Assembly (NCBI GenBank): GCA_037142615.1
Contig: JBAXAI010000012.1
Coordinates: 34,066-98,065, forward strand
From: Spirochaetales bacterium
GTDB taxonomy: Bacteria; Spirochaetota; Spirochaetia; JABEVK01
Reading direction: 5' to 3'
DNA: 64,000 bases
A model generated the notes under the pieces. The model made no database searches and was not told the origin of the DNA. It was given only the letters and a program-made list of their open reading frames with translations. The stretch's first letter is position 1. The number at the start of each line of letters is the position of its first letter. Below are positions 49,430 through 59,352 of this stretch, in pieces. Made by a program: the position numbers and the translations under genes.

Positions 49430-52264
49430 ATGCCAGTAGTTCCCTTTTCCCTCAAAGAAGCACCGGCGTTGATCGAAACGCTGTTCCCGGCCCAGAAGTT
49501 GTCGATCGAAGCGTACAAGGAACAGATGGCGGGCAGCGGCAAGACCTTGACCGCTTTGGGAAGCTACTGGAAGGGCCGCAAGCCGCTCATCTTGAACCGT
49601 GCCTGTGTCTTGGGCTGCCTGCTGCCGGTGACTGCCAACCCCATCCGGGACCTCGAGATTTTCGAGAAGCTAATGGCCATGGACGAAACCGCGCTAACTC
49701 ACCGTCTCAAGGCCAAGAACGACAAGAAGAGTCGCTCTCTTATTTCCAGCTATCAACATAAGGTCGATGCCGCCTGTCGCCCCGAGGAGTGCGACAACAC
49801 TTTGTACGACGGGATTTGGCCCGAGGTAAACGCTCACTTGGGCACCGAAGCGACGAGCTTTCCCGAGTTGGTGGAACAGCTGGGAATCATGCGCTTTGGC
49901 CACCGTCCCCGGTTTGCCGACGTGTTTTCGGGCAGCGGGCAGATTCCCTTCGAGGCCGCCCGGCTGGGCTGCGACGTGTACGCCAGCGACCTGAACCCCG
50001 TGGCCTGCATGCTTACTTGGGGCTCGTTTCATTTGGTGGGTGCCCAGCCCGAGGAGCGGCAAGAGATTGCAGTGGCGCAGGCACGGTTGGTGCAGAAGGT
50101 GCAGTCCGAAGTCGATGCCTTGGGCATCGAGAACGACGGCAAGGGATGGCGGGCTAAGGCCTTTCTGTATTGCGTCGAGGTAAGGTGCCCCCAGACAGGC
50201 TGGATGGTGCCGCTGATTCCCAGTTTGATTGTCAGCCAGCCACGTACGGGCGAGGTGCGCAACAACGTGGTGGTTCAGCTGGTTCCCCTGCCCGCCGAAA
50301 AGCGCTACCGCATTGATGTGGTTTCGTTCGCCACTGAAGCCCAACTGGCTCAAGCCGAACTCGGCACCGTACAGGGCGGCGAGATGGTGCATTCGCCCGA
50401 CGGTACCAAGGTGTACCGCACCAAGATCAGCACCTTGCGGGGGGATTACGCCGAGGGCGGCGAAACCAAGAACAGGCTGCGAATGTGGGAAAAGCATGAC
50501 TTTGTAGCTCGGCCCCACGACCTATACCAAGAGCGACTGTACTGTGTGCAGTGGCTTCGCACCAAAGCCGCTGGCCGGGGGCAGGAGTACGAGTTCCGGT
50601 CGGTGACTCCCGACGACCTGACGCGCGAGAAAACAGTGATCGACTTTGTGGGATCACGGCTGGCCGAATGGCAGGCCAAGGGTTGGGTCCCCGACATGGT
50701 GATCGAGGCCGGGGCCAAGACCGACGAGCCGATTCGCACCCGGGGCTGGACTCACTGGCACCACCTGTTCAACCCGAGGCAGTTGCTGGTGGCGGGGTTG
50801 GTGCGGCAAAACATCAACTCCACCACGGCGTTCGGACTGTCGCAGGTGATCAACTGGAACAGCCGGTTGTGTCGATGGAATATGGGCAGCGGTGGCGGTG
50901 GCAGTATCCAGGACGTATTCTACAATCAGGCTCTCAATACTCTTTTCAACTACGGTTGTCGTAACACAGCTCTGGCCCTTACCCAGGTCGACCTCGGTGC
51001 CAGGAGCTTTCCTTTCGCCAAAGGAGTGAAGGCTGAAGTGAAGACTCACGCGGCCAACGCCATCACCGCGCCCACCGATCTGTTCATCACCGACCCGCCG
51101 TACGGCGACGCCGTCAAGTACGAAGAAATCCTCGAGTTCTTCATCGCCTGGCTGCGCAAGAACCCGCCTGCCGAGTTCAAAGGTTGGGTGTGGGACAGCC
51201 GCCGGGTGATGGCCATCAAGGGTGAAGACGACAAGTTCCGGCAGGCCATGATCGACGCGTATTCGGCCATTACGCGTTGTATGCCCGACAACGGTATGCA
51301 GGTCATCATGTTCACCCACCAGTCGGGCAGCATTTGGGCCGACATGGCGCACATCGTGTGGGCGGCGGGGCTGCAGGTCACGGCGGCGTAGTACGTGGTC
51401 ACCGAAACCGACAGCGCCTTGCGCGGCAGCAACAACGTCAAAGGAACAGTGCTTCTGGTACTCCGCAAACGACAGGGTGAACACAAAAGCAGCCGCAGCG
51501 ACTTGGGGTGGGAACTGCAAGAAGAAGTCGACCGGCAAGTGCAGACTCTGACCGGTCTGAACCAGAGCGCGAAGACTCTGTACCGAGACGAAAACTTGTT
51601 CAGCGACGCCGACCTACAGATGGCGGGCTACGCGGCGGCGCTGCGAGTGCTTACCCGGTACACATTCATCGACGGCAAAGACATGCGTATCGAGGCCGGG
51701 CGCCCCAAACAGAAGGGCAAGAAGGACTTTGTCGAGCAGCTGATCGACTTTGCCGTCGAGACCGCCAACGGGGCTTTGGTCCCCTTGGGGCTGGAACGTT
51801 CCGTGTGGGAAAAGCTTACCCCCGGCGAGCGGTTCTACCTCAAGATGATCGACCTCGAGTCGCAAGGGGCCAAGTCGCTCGACAACTACCAAAACTTCGC
51901 CAAAGCGTTCAAGGTGCCTGACTACCGGCTGTACCTGGCCGAAGACCGGGCCAACCATGCCCGCCTTAAGTCAGGCGCCGATTTTGGACGCAGCGAAATG
52001 TCCGACTCTTCCGAACTGGCGGGCACCCGGCTCCGGGGCTTGCTGTATGGCTTGATGGAACTGGGCCAAGGCGTCGAGTCCGACGATGTGCTGGGTCACC
52101 TGAGTCTGAACGTGAAGAACTACTTCAACTGCCGTTTGGAACTTGTCGAAATCGCCGACTTCTTGGCCGCCAAGCTGGAGCACCTGGACGCCGACCAGGC
52201 CAGCCACGCACGCGTGCTGCGCGACCTGGTACGCCACCAGAAACTCGGCGCCTGGGAAAACTGA
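49430..52264 (+). pseudogene. DUF1156 amino-methyltransferase interrupted by an in-frame TAG
   Basis: FSGSGQIP and TDPPY motifs; TAG at 51389-51391 in VTAA*YVVTETD; same frame continues to 52264. Confidence 0.85.
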
Positions 52265-55014
52265 TGCCGATTCGACGTTTTTCCTCGCTGCACGAGCGCC
52301 TCGACAAGAGCTTTCTGGCCGAACACCTCAAGGGTGCCCGCTCATATCGCCGCATCGCCGGGTACTTCCGGTCGTCCATCTTCGAGCTGGTGGGCGAAGA
52401 AATCGCCGGTATTCCCGACGTACGAATTCTGTGCAACAGCGAACTCGATGTGCACGACATCAATGTAGCCCAGGAAGCCAGCCGCAACGTTGCCTTGAAG
52501 GAAAAGTGGAATCAGGTTCCTGTGGAAGTGGAAGGGCTACTCCACAAGCACCGTTATAGGGCCCTCTACGACTTGCTCATGGCCGGAAACCTGAAGATCC
52601 AGGTGGTTCCCAAAGACAGCGTGTTCGTGCACGGCAAGGCGGGCGTCATCGAAGGCGCCGATGGCAAGCGGATCGCCTTCTTGGGCTCGATCAACGAAAG
52701 CAAGTCGGCGTTCCTGACCAATTACGAAATTCTTTGGGAAGACGACAGCCCGGAAGGTGTCGCGTGGGTCGACCGTGAGTTTGACGAGCTTTGGAAGCGC
52801 AGCTACCCCTTGCCGCAAGCCATTATCGAAGAAATCGGCAGAGTGGCCAACCGAACCGAGGTCAGGTTCGAGGATTTAGAAGACGCCGACATTCCCGCCT
52901 CGGCGTTGGTAGAGGCGCCCATCTACCGTGGCGGCGAGCAATTGCAGCCCTGGCAGCGGTCCTTCGTGACGCTATTTCAGAAGCATCGCGATATGTACGG
53001 CAAAGTACGCCTATTGCTGGCCGACGAAGTCGGGTTGGGAAAGACCCTCTCACTGGCCACCGCAGCGATGGTGGCCAACCTCATGGGCGATGGCCCCGTT
53101 CTCATCCTGTGCCCGGCGACCTTGGTGTGGCAATGGCAGGTCGAACTCAAAGATCGGCTGGGGATTCCCAGCTGCGTGTGGGAATCCAGCAAGAAGGTTT
53201 GGGTCGACCCCGAGGGCCGGGTGATCCCTACCAAGGGTGCCGAAGACATCGCCAAGTGTCCCTTCCAAGTCGCCATTGTCTCTACGGGGCTCATTTTCCA
53301 ATCGTCCCGCGCGCGCGAACCCGAGGTGTTGTTGCAGCGCCGGGGTGGCTACGGAACTGTAGTGCTGGACGAGGCACACAAAGCCCGCAAGCGCGGTGGC
53401 CTGGGCCAACGTGACGCCGAACCCAACAACCTGCTTGAGTTCATGCTCCGCATTGGCGAGAAAACTCGACACCTGCTTTTGGGAACGGCGACGCCCATCC
53501 AAACCAACGTGGAAGAGCTTTGGGACCTCATGGAGATCCTTTCGGTCAAGGCGGAGTTCGTGCTGGGTCGGGAAACGCCTTCTTACTGGCGCCGCATGGA
53601 CTTCGCGCTCCCACTGATCAAAGGGGAATCGGTACCTGAAAGTGCGCTCGAAGCTTGGGATCTGCTTCGAAACCCACTGCCACCGATTCAGGAGACCTGC
53701 GAACCGGCTGCGATGATTCGGACCCTGCTCGAGTTGGAAGACAGTCGATTCTTCGTTCCTACAGGATACCATCAGCTCGATCCGACCGTTCAGATGCAGG
53801 TAGACCAAGCTATGGAACCAGGTTTTTTTCGCGAACATAACCCTTTGCTCAGGCACGTCGTCTTGCGGAAACGGGCCCGATTGGAAGACTTGGGTCTGTT
53901 GGAACGCATCCGTGTCGACGTTCATCCGGACCCTGAATTGGGCCCTGGAGCCTACCCCGGAATCCCCTTTGCCGTAGAGGGACAGGGACTCCTGACCAAT
54001 CAACCGTTCAACCTAGCTTACCGAGCTGCCGAGGAATTTACGCGCCTCCTTGCATCCAAAGTAAAGAGTGCGGGGTTCATGAAGTCCCTGATGCTGCAAC
54101 GAATCTGCTCGAGCTTTGCGTCGGGACTTTCGACAGCCCGAAAGATCATGGCAAAAGCAATCTTGGGCGACTCGGAAGATGAATCCCAATCGATGTCTGC
54201 CGTCTACGACGCCATTGGCGAAGAAGAACTCGCCCAACTGCAGATCATTGTTGACGAGCTTTCGCGGCCGGAAGCCCGTGACCCCAAACTGGGGGCGGTG
54301 AAGCATTTTCTGCTGGAACATCGGTCCGCGTTTGATGACACTTTGGCTCAACCTCACAACTGGCTCGAATACGGGTGCATCATCTTTTCGCAGTACTACG
54401 ACACTGCGCTCTGGGTGGCGAAAGAGCTCGCCAGGGTGCTCCCCGACGAACCGGTCGGTGTCTACGCTGGTTCAGAGAAGAGTGGGATCTACCGCAACGA
54501 CGACTTCAGTAGCGTTGAGCGTCATCAGCTCAAACTTGCGGTCAAAGATCGAAGTATCCGGCTCATGGTGGCTACCGACGCGGCGTGTGAGGGACTCAAC
54601 CTTCAAACCCTTGGAACACTAATAAACGTTGACCTCCCGTGGAACCCGAGCCGTCTGGAACAACGTCTGGGCCGCATCAAGCGCTTTGGTCAGGCTCGCA
54701 GAAGCGTCGACATGCTCAATTTGGTCTACCACGACACCCAGGACCAGAAGGTCTATTCAGTGATTTCCCAGCGACTTAAGGACAAGTTCGACATTTTCGG
54801 CAGCCTTCCCGATACGATCGACGACGAGTGGATTGCCGACGAGCAAACATTGGAAGAGCGACTAAATCAGTACCTCCATCTCCGTGATCAAGCCAAGAAT
54901 GCGTTTGAACTCCGCTATGAAGATGACGTCGACCCCGAGAAGAATCGATGGGAGCTTTGTAGCCGAGTTCTCAGTCGAAAGGACATCGAAGAGAGAATGG
55001 CAAAGAGTTGGTAA
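52264..55014 (+). CDS. PLD-nuclease/SNF2 helicase fusion
   Basis: VHGKAG..GSIN (HxK), LADEVGLGKT, DEAH, TATP, EGLNLQ, WNPSRLEQRLGRIKR. Confidence 0.92.
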   Translation: MPIRRFSSLHERLDKSFLAEHLKGARSYRRIAGYFRSSIFELVGEEIAGIPDVRILCNSELDVHDINVAQEASRNVALKEKWNQVPVEVEGLLHKHRYRALYDLLMAGNLKIQVVPKDSVFVHGKAGVIEGADGKRIAFLGSINESKSAFLTNYEILWEDDSPEGVAWVDREFDELWKRSYPLPQAIIEEIGRVANRTEVRFEDLEDADIPASALVEAPIYRGGEQLQPWQRSFVTLFQKHRDMYGKVRLLLADEVGLGKTLSLATAAMVANLMGDGPVLILCPATLVWQWQVELKDRLGIPSCVWESSKKVWVDPEGRVIPTKGAEDIAKCPFQVAIVSTGLIFQSSRAREPEVLLQRRGGYGTVVLDEAHKARKRGGLGQRDAEPNNLLEFMLRIGEKTRHLLLGTATPIQTNVEELWDLMEILSVKAEFVLGRETPSYWRRMDFALPLIKGESVPESALEAWDLLRNPLPPIQETCEPAAMIRTLLELEDSRFFVPTGYHQLDPTVQMQVDQAMEPGFFREHNPLLRHVVLRKRARLEDLGLLERIRVDVHPDPELGPGAYPGIPFAVEGQGLLTNQPFNLAYRAAEEFTRLLASKVKSAGFMKSLMLQRICSSFASGLSTARKIMAKAILGDSEDESQSMSAVYDAIGEEELAQLQIIVDELSRPEARDPKLGAVKHFLLEHRSAFDDTLAQPHNWLEYGCIIFSQYYDTALWVAKELARVLPDEPVGVYAGSEKSGIYRNDDFSSVERHQLKLAVKDRSIRLMVATDAACEGLNLQTLGTLINVDLPWNPSRLEQRLGRIKRFGQARRSVDMLNLVYHDTQDQKVYSVISQRLKDKFDIFGSLPDTIDDEWIADEQTLEERLNQYLHLRDQAKNAFELRYEDDVDPEKNRWELCSRVLSRKDIEERMAKSW

Positions 55015-55037
55015 GGGCTCCGGGCAGCGCCCGGCGA

Positions 55038-55100
55038 GGGGGTAGCGGAAGACCCCGCAGGCGCAGCCGAGGAGGCTGAAGCGAGGGGGAGACTTCCCCC
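55038..55100 (+). repeat. Hairpin element family A, diverged copy
   Basis: GGGGGTAGCGGAAGA-[inner hairpin with GGC-GCA-GCC]-TGAAGCGAGGGGG then a G/C hairpin. Confidence 0.55.
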
Positions 55101-55123
55101 CTTGGTCCAGTCGACCTACCAAG

Positions 55124-55248
55124 CTCCTCGGCCGAGATCGGGGCTTTGGCTAAGCCGAGGGAGAAGCGAGGACCGCAGGCGTACTGGAAGTACGTCGAGG
55201 ACCGGAGCCGCCCTAGGCGACGCCAAAGACCCGAGATCGGCCGAGGAG
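55124..55248. repeat. 125-bp imperfect palindrome (family B, copy 2)
   Basis: Arms CTCCTCGGCCGA..TCGGGGCTTTGGC / GCCAAAGACCCGA..TCGGCCGAGGAG. Confidence 0.85.
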
Positions 55249-55249
55249 G

Positions 55250-55886
55250 GCACGAGCCCATCGAGCACCGCCACATCGACTGCGAAGAAAGCTACACCGG
55301 CATCGTCACCGAAAAGCTGAGCATGCGCAAATGCCGCATGACCAACATGGTCAACCACGGCAGCGGTCGCGTGCGCCTGGAGTTTTCGGCCCCCAGCCGC
55401 TCGCTCATCGGTTACCGCGACGAGTTCCTCACCGATACCAAAGGCACCGGCCTGATGAACAGCTACCTCGCCGGCTACGAACCCTACCGCGGCGAAATCC
55501 CGAGCCGTAACAACGGCTCTTTGGTGTGCGACCGCCAGGGCGAAGCCGTGGCCTACGGCATTTTCCACCTCGAACCCCGCGGCCGCATTTTCGTGGTGCC
55601 CGGCGACAAGGTGTACGAAGGCATGATCGTCGGCGAACACAACCGCGACCTCGACCTCGACATCAACGTGTGCAAGGAAAAGAAACTCAGCAACATGCGC
55701 TCCGCCGGCAAAGACGACAACATTTTGCTCACGCCCGTGAAGCCCATGACGCTAGAGGCCAGCCTGAACTTTTTGCGCGACGACGAGTGGCTGGAAGTGA
55801 CCCCGAAGAATTTGCGGTTGCGGAAGCAATACCTGGGGATTGCGGATCGGAAGCAACACAGTAAGAAACTCAACGACGGGGTGTAG
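55250..55886 (+). pseudogene. typA: 5'-truncated second copy of typA (3' 637 bp)
   Basis: Gap-free direct repeat of 43371-44007 at offset 11879; differences are mostly synonymous. Confidence 0.95.
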
Positions 55887-55952
55887 CTAGGACCGGAGAG
55901 TTTTTGGCGAAGCCAGAAACTCTGGGGCTAAGGTACCGTAGGTGCCGTGCCC

Positions 55953-56005
55953 GCGCTCCATAAAAACAGCCCCGTCAACGGGGCTGTTTGTTATTGCGCT
56001 ACCCC
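55953..56005 (-). repeat. Hairpin element family A, copy 2
   Basis: Minus strand GGGGTAGCGC-AA-TAA-C-AAACAGCCCCG-ttga-CGGGGCTGTTT-TTA-TGGA-GCGC. Confidence 0.8.
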
Positions 56006-56084
56006 GGCGCAGACTTCGCTAGCGCCTGCCGGGCGTCGCCCGGAGCCCGGATCGCGTGCTATAACACTCCTGTGAGACCGATTC

Positions 56085-58616
56085 ATGGCGAATGAAGCCG
56101 CTGCCCGCCTCAAGATCAATCACTTGCTCACCACCGCCGGCTGGAGGCTCCTCGACGAAGGCGACCTGCGCGCCAACGTGCATGTCGAGGCCAAGAGCGA
56201 CGCAGGGTTTGCAGACTACCTGCTGTTCGACTCGCAAGGCTTCCCGCTCGCGGTCATCGAGGCCAAGGCGCCTGCCAAGAACCCGTTGGTGGGCAAGGAA
56301 CAGGCGCGCGGCTATGCCAAAGATCACCATGTGCGGTTTGTGTTCTTGTGCAATGGTGAGGAATCGTATTTGTGGGACGTGGCGACCGGCGATCCCGAGC
56401 CGCTGACCCACTGGCCCAGCCCTGAAGCGCTTGAGGCCAAGGCTCGAGTGCAAGCAACCGGAAAGTCGGCCTTCGTCGATCCGTATCGGGCCCGGGGACT
56501 CCTGGCGTCCGAAGCCGTGGCCGACGACTACATTGCCCGTACCCAGGACAGCCACTACGACGAGCACGCCAGTTGGAAGAACTCCGCGTTGCGGCCCGGG
56601 TACATCGCAGAGCTCAAACTCAGGTTTCTTAGGCCGTACCAAGTCGAGGCCCTCGCCGCCATCCAAGCCGCAGTGGGTCAGGGCCGAAGCCGGTTCCTAC
56701 TCGAAATGGCCACTGGCACCGGCAAGACTCTCACCAGCGCTGCCCTCATCAAGCTGTTCTTGCGCACCGGGGCCGCACATCGCGTGCTGTTCCTGGTGGA
56801 TCGGCTGGAGTTGGAAGACCAGGCGCAGAAGGCTTTCGTCGCTCAATTGGCCCGCGACTACCGAAGTGTCATCTACAAGCAGCACCGAGGTGACTGGCGA
56901 CAGGCACATATCGTCGTCACAACCGTGCAGTCGCTGATGGCTTCGGACCGGTACAAGGAAGAGTTCAGCCCTAGTGACTTCGGGTTGGTGATCAGCGACG
57001 AGGCGCACCGGTCGATCTCGGGGCAGGCCCGCGACGTGTTCGAATACTTCCGGGGGTACAAGTTGGGGCTCACCGCGACCCCACGCGACTTGCTTCGTGG
57101 TATTTGGGCCAAAGAGACCGGCATCAGCGAGTTCGAGCTCGAGAAGCGCGTGCTGTTCGATACCTACCGTGTCTTCGGCTGCGAGTCGGGGGTGCCCACC
57201 TACCGCTTTGGGCTGCTCGATGGCGTCAAGGGCGGCTACCTGGTCAACCCCACCGTGCTTGATTGCCGCACCGACAAGACCACGCAATTGCTGTCGGAGC
57301 AGGGCTTGGCTTTTGAGGCCAAGGATGAGGACGGCAATGATGTCGCCGAGACCTTCGGCAAACGCGACTTCGAGCGCACGTACTTCAGCCCCGAGACCAA
57401 CCAGTCGTTCGTGGCCACGTTCTTGGACCACGCGCTCACCGACCCCATCACCCACGAGCTGGGCAAGAGCCTGATCTTCTGCGTCAGCCAGAGTCACGCG
57501 GCCAAGATCACCAACCTGCTCAACCAGGAAGCCAGCCGCCGTTGGCCGGGGCGCTACCAGTCCGACTTTGCCCTGCAAGTGACCAGCAGCGTGGCCGACG
57601 CCCAAGCCATGACCGTGCGCTTCAGTGAGAACACGCTCGGTGGCAAGACCAAGATGGTGAACGACTACACGTCGAGCCGGGTGCGTATCTGCGTTACGGT
57701 GGGAATGATGACCACCGGCTACGACTGCGCCGACCTGCTCAACGTGGTGCTGATGCGGCCCGTTTTCAGCCCGTCAGAGTTCATCCAAATGAAGGGGCGG
57801 GGAACCCGGCTGCATACCTATGAGTGGACCGAACCCAAGACCCGCCAGCGCTTTGCGCACAAGAAAACCGGCTTCCATCTGTTCGACTTTTTCGCCAACT
57901 ACGAGTTTTTCGAGGCGGAGTACGACTACGACGCCGTCAAACCGGTGCCGCTCAGCCGCGCCGAGCTGGGGGTGCACGACGACAAGTTCGAGGTACCCAA
58001 GCCGCTGGGTTCGGTGATCGACGACAGCCCCGATGCGCTCAAGGCCACCAACTGGATCACCATCGGTGTCGACGGCATGAAGATCGACCGCCTGTTCTGG
58101 CAGGACTTCAGCACGCAAGTGACCGACGACGCCGACATTGCGGATGCGGCCGCCCGCGACGACTGGGACCGCGTAAGCAGCTACATCCACGAGCGTTTGC
58201 TCGGCGGCGAGGGCGGTGCGAGTCCCATTGCCGAAACCGACACCAGCGACCGAGGGCGCAGTCTCGACGTGATCCGCACCCTTTTGGCTCGCCGCGATGG
58301 TCCGGCCCTTGAGGCCCTATTCGCCAAGCTGTTTGGTCGCTCCATCCAGCTGCCCACCAAGCAGGACCTGCTCACCCAGGCCTTCGAGCGGTTTGCCCGC
58401 ATGCATCCGCCCCGGCCCGAAGCCCTCGACGACGTGAGGTTCTTCTTTTTCAGCTACGTGGGCGAGCCTCGCATCCGGGCGCTCATCGATGAGGGCCGTC
58501 TGGCCGAGCTCAACAGTACCGCGCTGACCCCCGACCGCCTCAAGCGCGTGCCTGACTGGCGGGGAATCGTGAAAGCTCTGCAGACCGAGGTGGATTGGGA
58601 TAGGTTCGGAGCGTGA
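56085..58616 (+). CDS. hsdR: Type I restriction enzyme R subunit
   Basis: ADYLL..VIEAK, RPYQ, MATGTGKT, DEAHRS, TAT, MTTGYD, QMKGRGTR; TGcTATAAC at 56057. Confidence 0.9.
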   Translation: MANEAAARLKINHLLTTAGWRLLDEGDLRANVHVEAKSDAGFADYLLFDSQGFPLAVIEAKAPAKNPLVGKEQARGYAKDHHVRFVFLCNGEESYLWDVATGDPEPLTHWPSPEALEAKARVQATGKSAFVDPYRARGLLASEAVADDYIARTQDSHYDEHASWKNSALRPGYIAELKLRFLRPYQVEALAAIQAAVGQGRSRFLLEMATGTGKTLTSAALIKLFLRTGAAHRVLFLVDRLELEDQAQKAFVAQLARDYRSVIYKQHRGDWRQAHIVVTTVQSLMASDRYKEEFSPSDFGLVISDEAHRSISGQARDVFEYFRGYKLGLTATPRDLLRGIWAKETGISEFELEKRVLFDTYRVFGCESGVPTYRFGLLDGVKGGYLVNPTVLDCRTDKTTQLLSEQGLAFEAKDEDGNDVAETFGKRDFERTYFSPETNQSFVATFLDHALTDPITHELGKSLIFCVSQSHAAKITNLLNQEASRRWPGRYQSDFALQVTSSVADAQAMTVRFSENTLGGKTKMVNDYTSSRVRICVTVGMMTTGYDCADLLNVVLMRPVFSPSEFIQMKGRGTRLHTYEWTEPKTRQRFAHKKTGFHLFDFFANYEFFEAEYDYDAVKPVPLSRAELGVHDDKFEVPKPLGSVIDDSPDALKATNWITIGVDGMKIDRLFWQDFSTQVTDDADIADAAARDDWDRVSSYIHERLLGGEGGASPIAETDTSDRGRSLDVIRTLLARRDGPALEALFAKLFGRSIQLPTKQDLLTQAFERFARMHPPRPEALDDVRFFFFSYVGEPRIRALIDEGRLAELNSTALTPDRLKRVPDWRGIVKALQTEVDWDRFGA

Positions 58617-58624
58617 CGACCGTC

Positions 58625-58719
58625 TTGACTTACATGTCACGTGGGATTAGTCTGAATCTATCTTCCCCGTAGGCATTGCGTTCTGCGGGCCCCCAGGGTT
58701 TAGCTCTGGGTTTTTTTTT
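58625..58719 (+). ncRNA. Promoter plus ~60-nt two-hairpin leader RNA ending in a terminator, upstream of the NYN gene
   Basis: TTGACT-17-TAGTCT; hairpin 58666-58689; hairpin 58692-58710 followed by T9. Confidence 0.62.
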
Positions 58720-58733
58720 GCCCGAAGGATGCC

Positions 58734-59342
58734 ATGAAACGAGTCGCCGCGTTTGTCGATGGGTTCAATCTCTACCATGCCCTTGAAAATCTGGATTCTC
58801 CGAAGGTGAAGTGGCTCGACCTTCAGGGCCTTGTCCGCTCGGTACTGAAATCAGATGAAAAGCTGGTCTCAACGTTGTATTTCACGGCGTACGCGACTTG
58901 GGATGACGAAAAGGCAGCGCGGCATAAGAAGTACATTCGAGCCCTTGAACTGACGGGTGTACAAGTGATACTCGGCAAGTTCAAACGAAGGAATCGCACC
59001 TGTCGCGAGTGTGGTGCCCGAGCCGTCGACCACGAGGAAAAACGGACCGATGTCAACATTGCGACCCACCTGCTTCGAGGTGCCTTTCTGAACGAGTTCG
59101 ACCTCGCCATTGTCGTCTCCGGTGACACCGACCTGATTCCTGCCATCGACGCGGTGAAAGAACTGTTCCCAGCCAAGCGAGTGGGCATCTTGTTCCCTAT
59201 GAACCGCCATACCACCGAGATGGAGCAGAGCGCCGACTTCAGCGAGTCCGTGAAGCTGCCAGCGCTCCTGGCCAACCGTCTGCCCGACCAGATCCGCCTT
59301 CCGAGCGGAAAGTACCTTACGCCGCCCACCGAGTGGCAATAG
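58734..59342 (+). CDS. NYN/LabA (PIN-like) domain RNase
   Basis: FVDGFNLYH, EEKRTDVNIA, VSGDTDLIPA. Confidence 0.9.
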   Translation: MKRVAAFVDGFNLYHALENLDSPKVKWLDLQGLVRSVLKSDEKLVSTLYFTAYATWDDEKAARHKKYIRALELTGVQVILGKFKRRNRTCRECGARAVDHEEKRTDVNIATHLLRGAFLNEFDLAIVVSGDTDLIPAIDAVKELFPAKRVGILFPMNRHTTEMEQSADFSESVKLPALLANRLPDQIRLPSGKYLTPPTEWQ

Positions 59343-59352
59343 CGAGTCTTCC

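Noticed and set aside
51389-51391. Pyrrolysine or genome-wide TAG recoding
   Set aside because: No pyl genes are in the window, TAG ends many genes here normally, and the position looks like a Trp codon.
55146-55886. 246-aa ORF as a real gene
   Set aside because: Its N-terminus is translated palindrome sequence fused to the typA fragment; it has no RBS or GTPase domain.
55250-55886. typA repeat as a simple duplicated-read artefact
   Set aside because: The copies differ at many, mostly synonymous, sites and have different flanks. A strain-chimera assembly cannot be excluded without reads.
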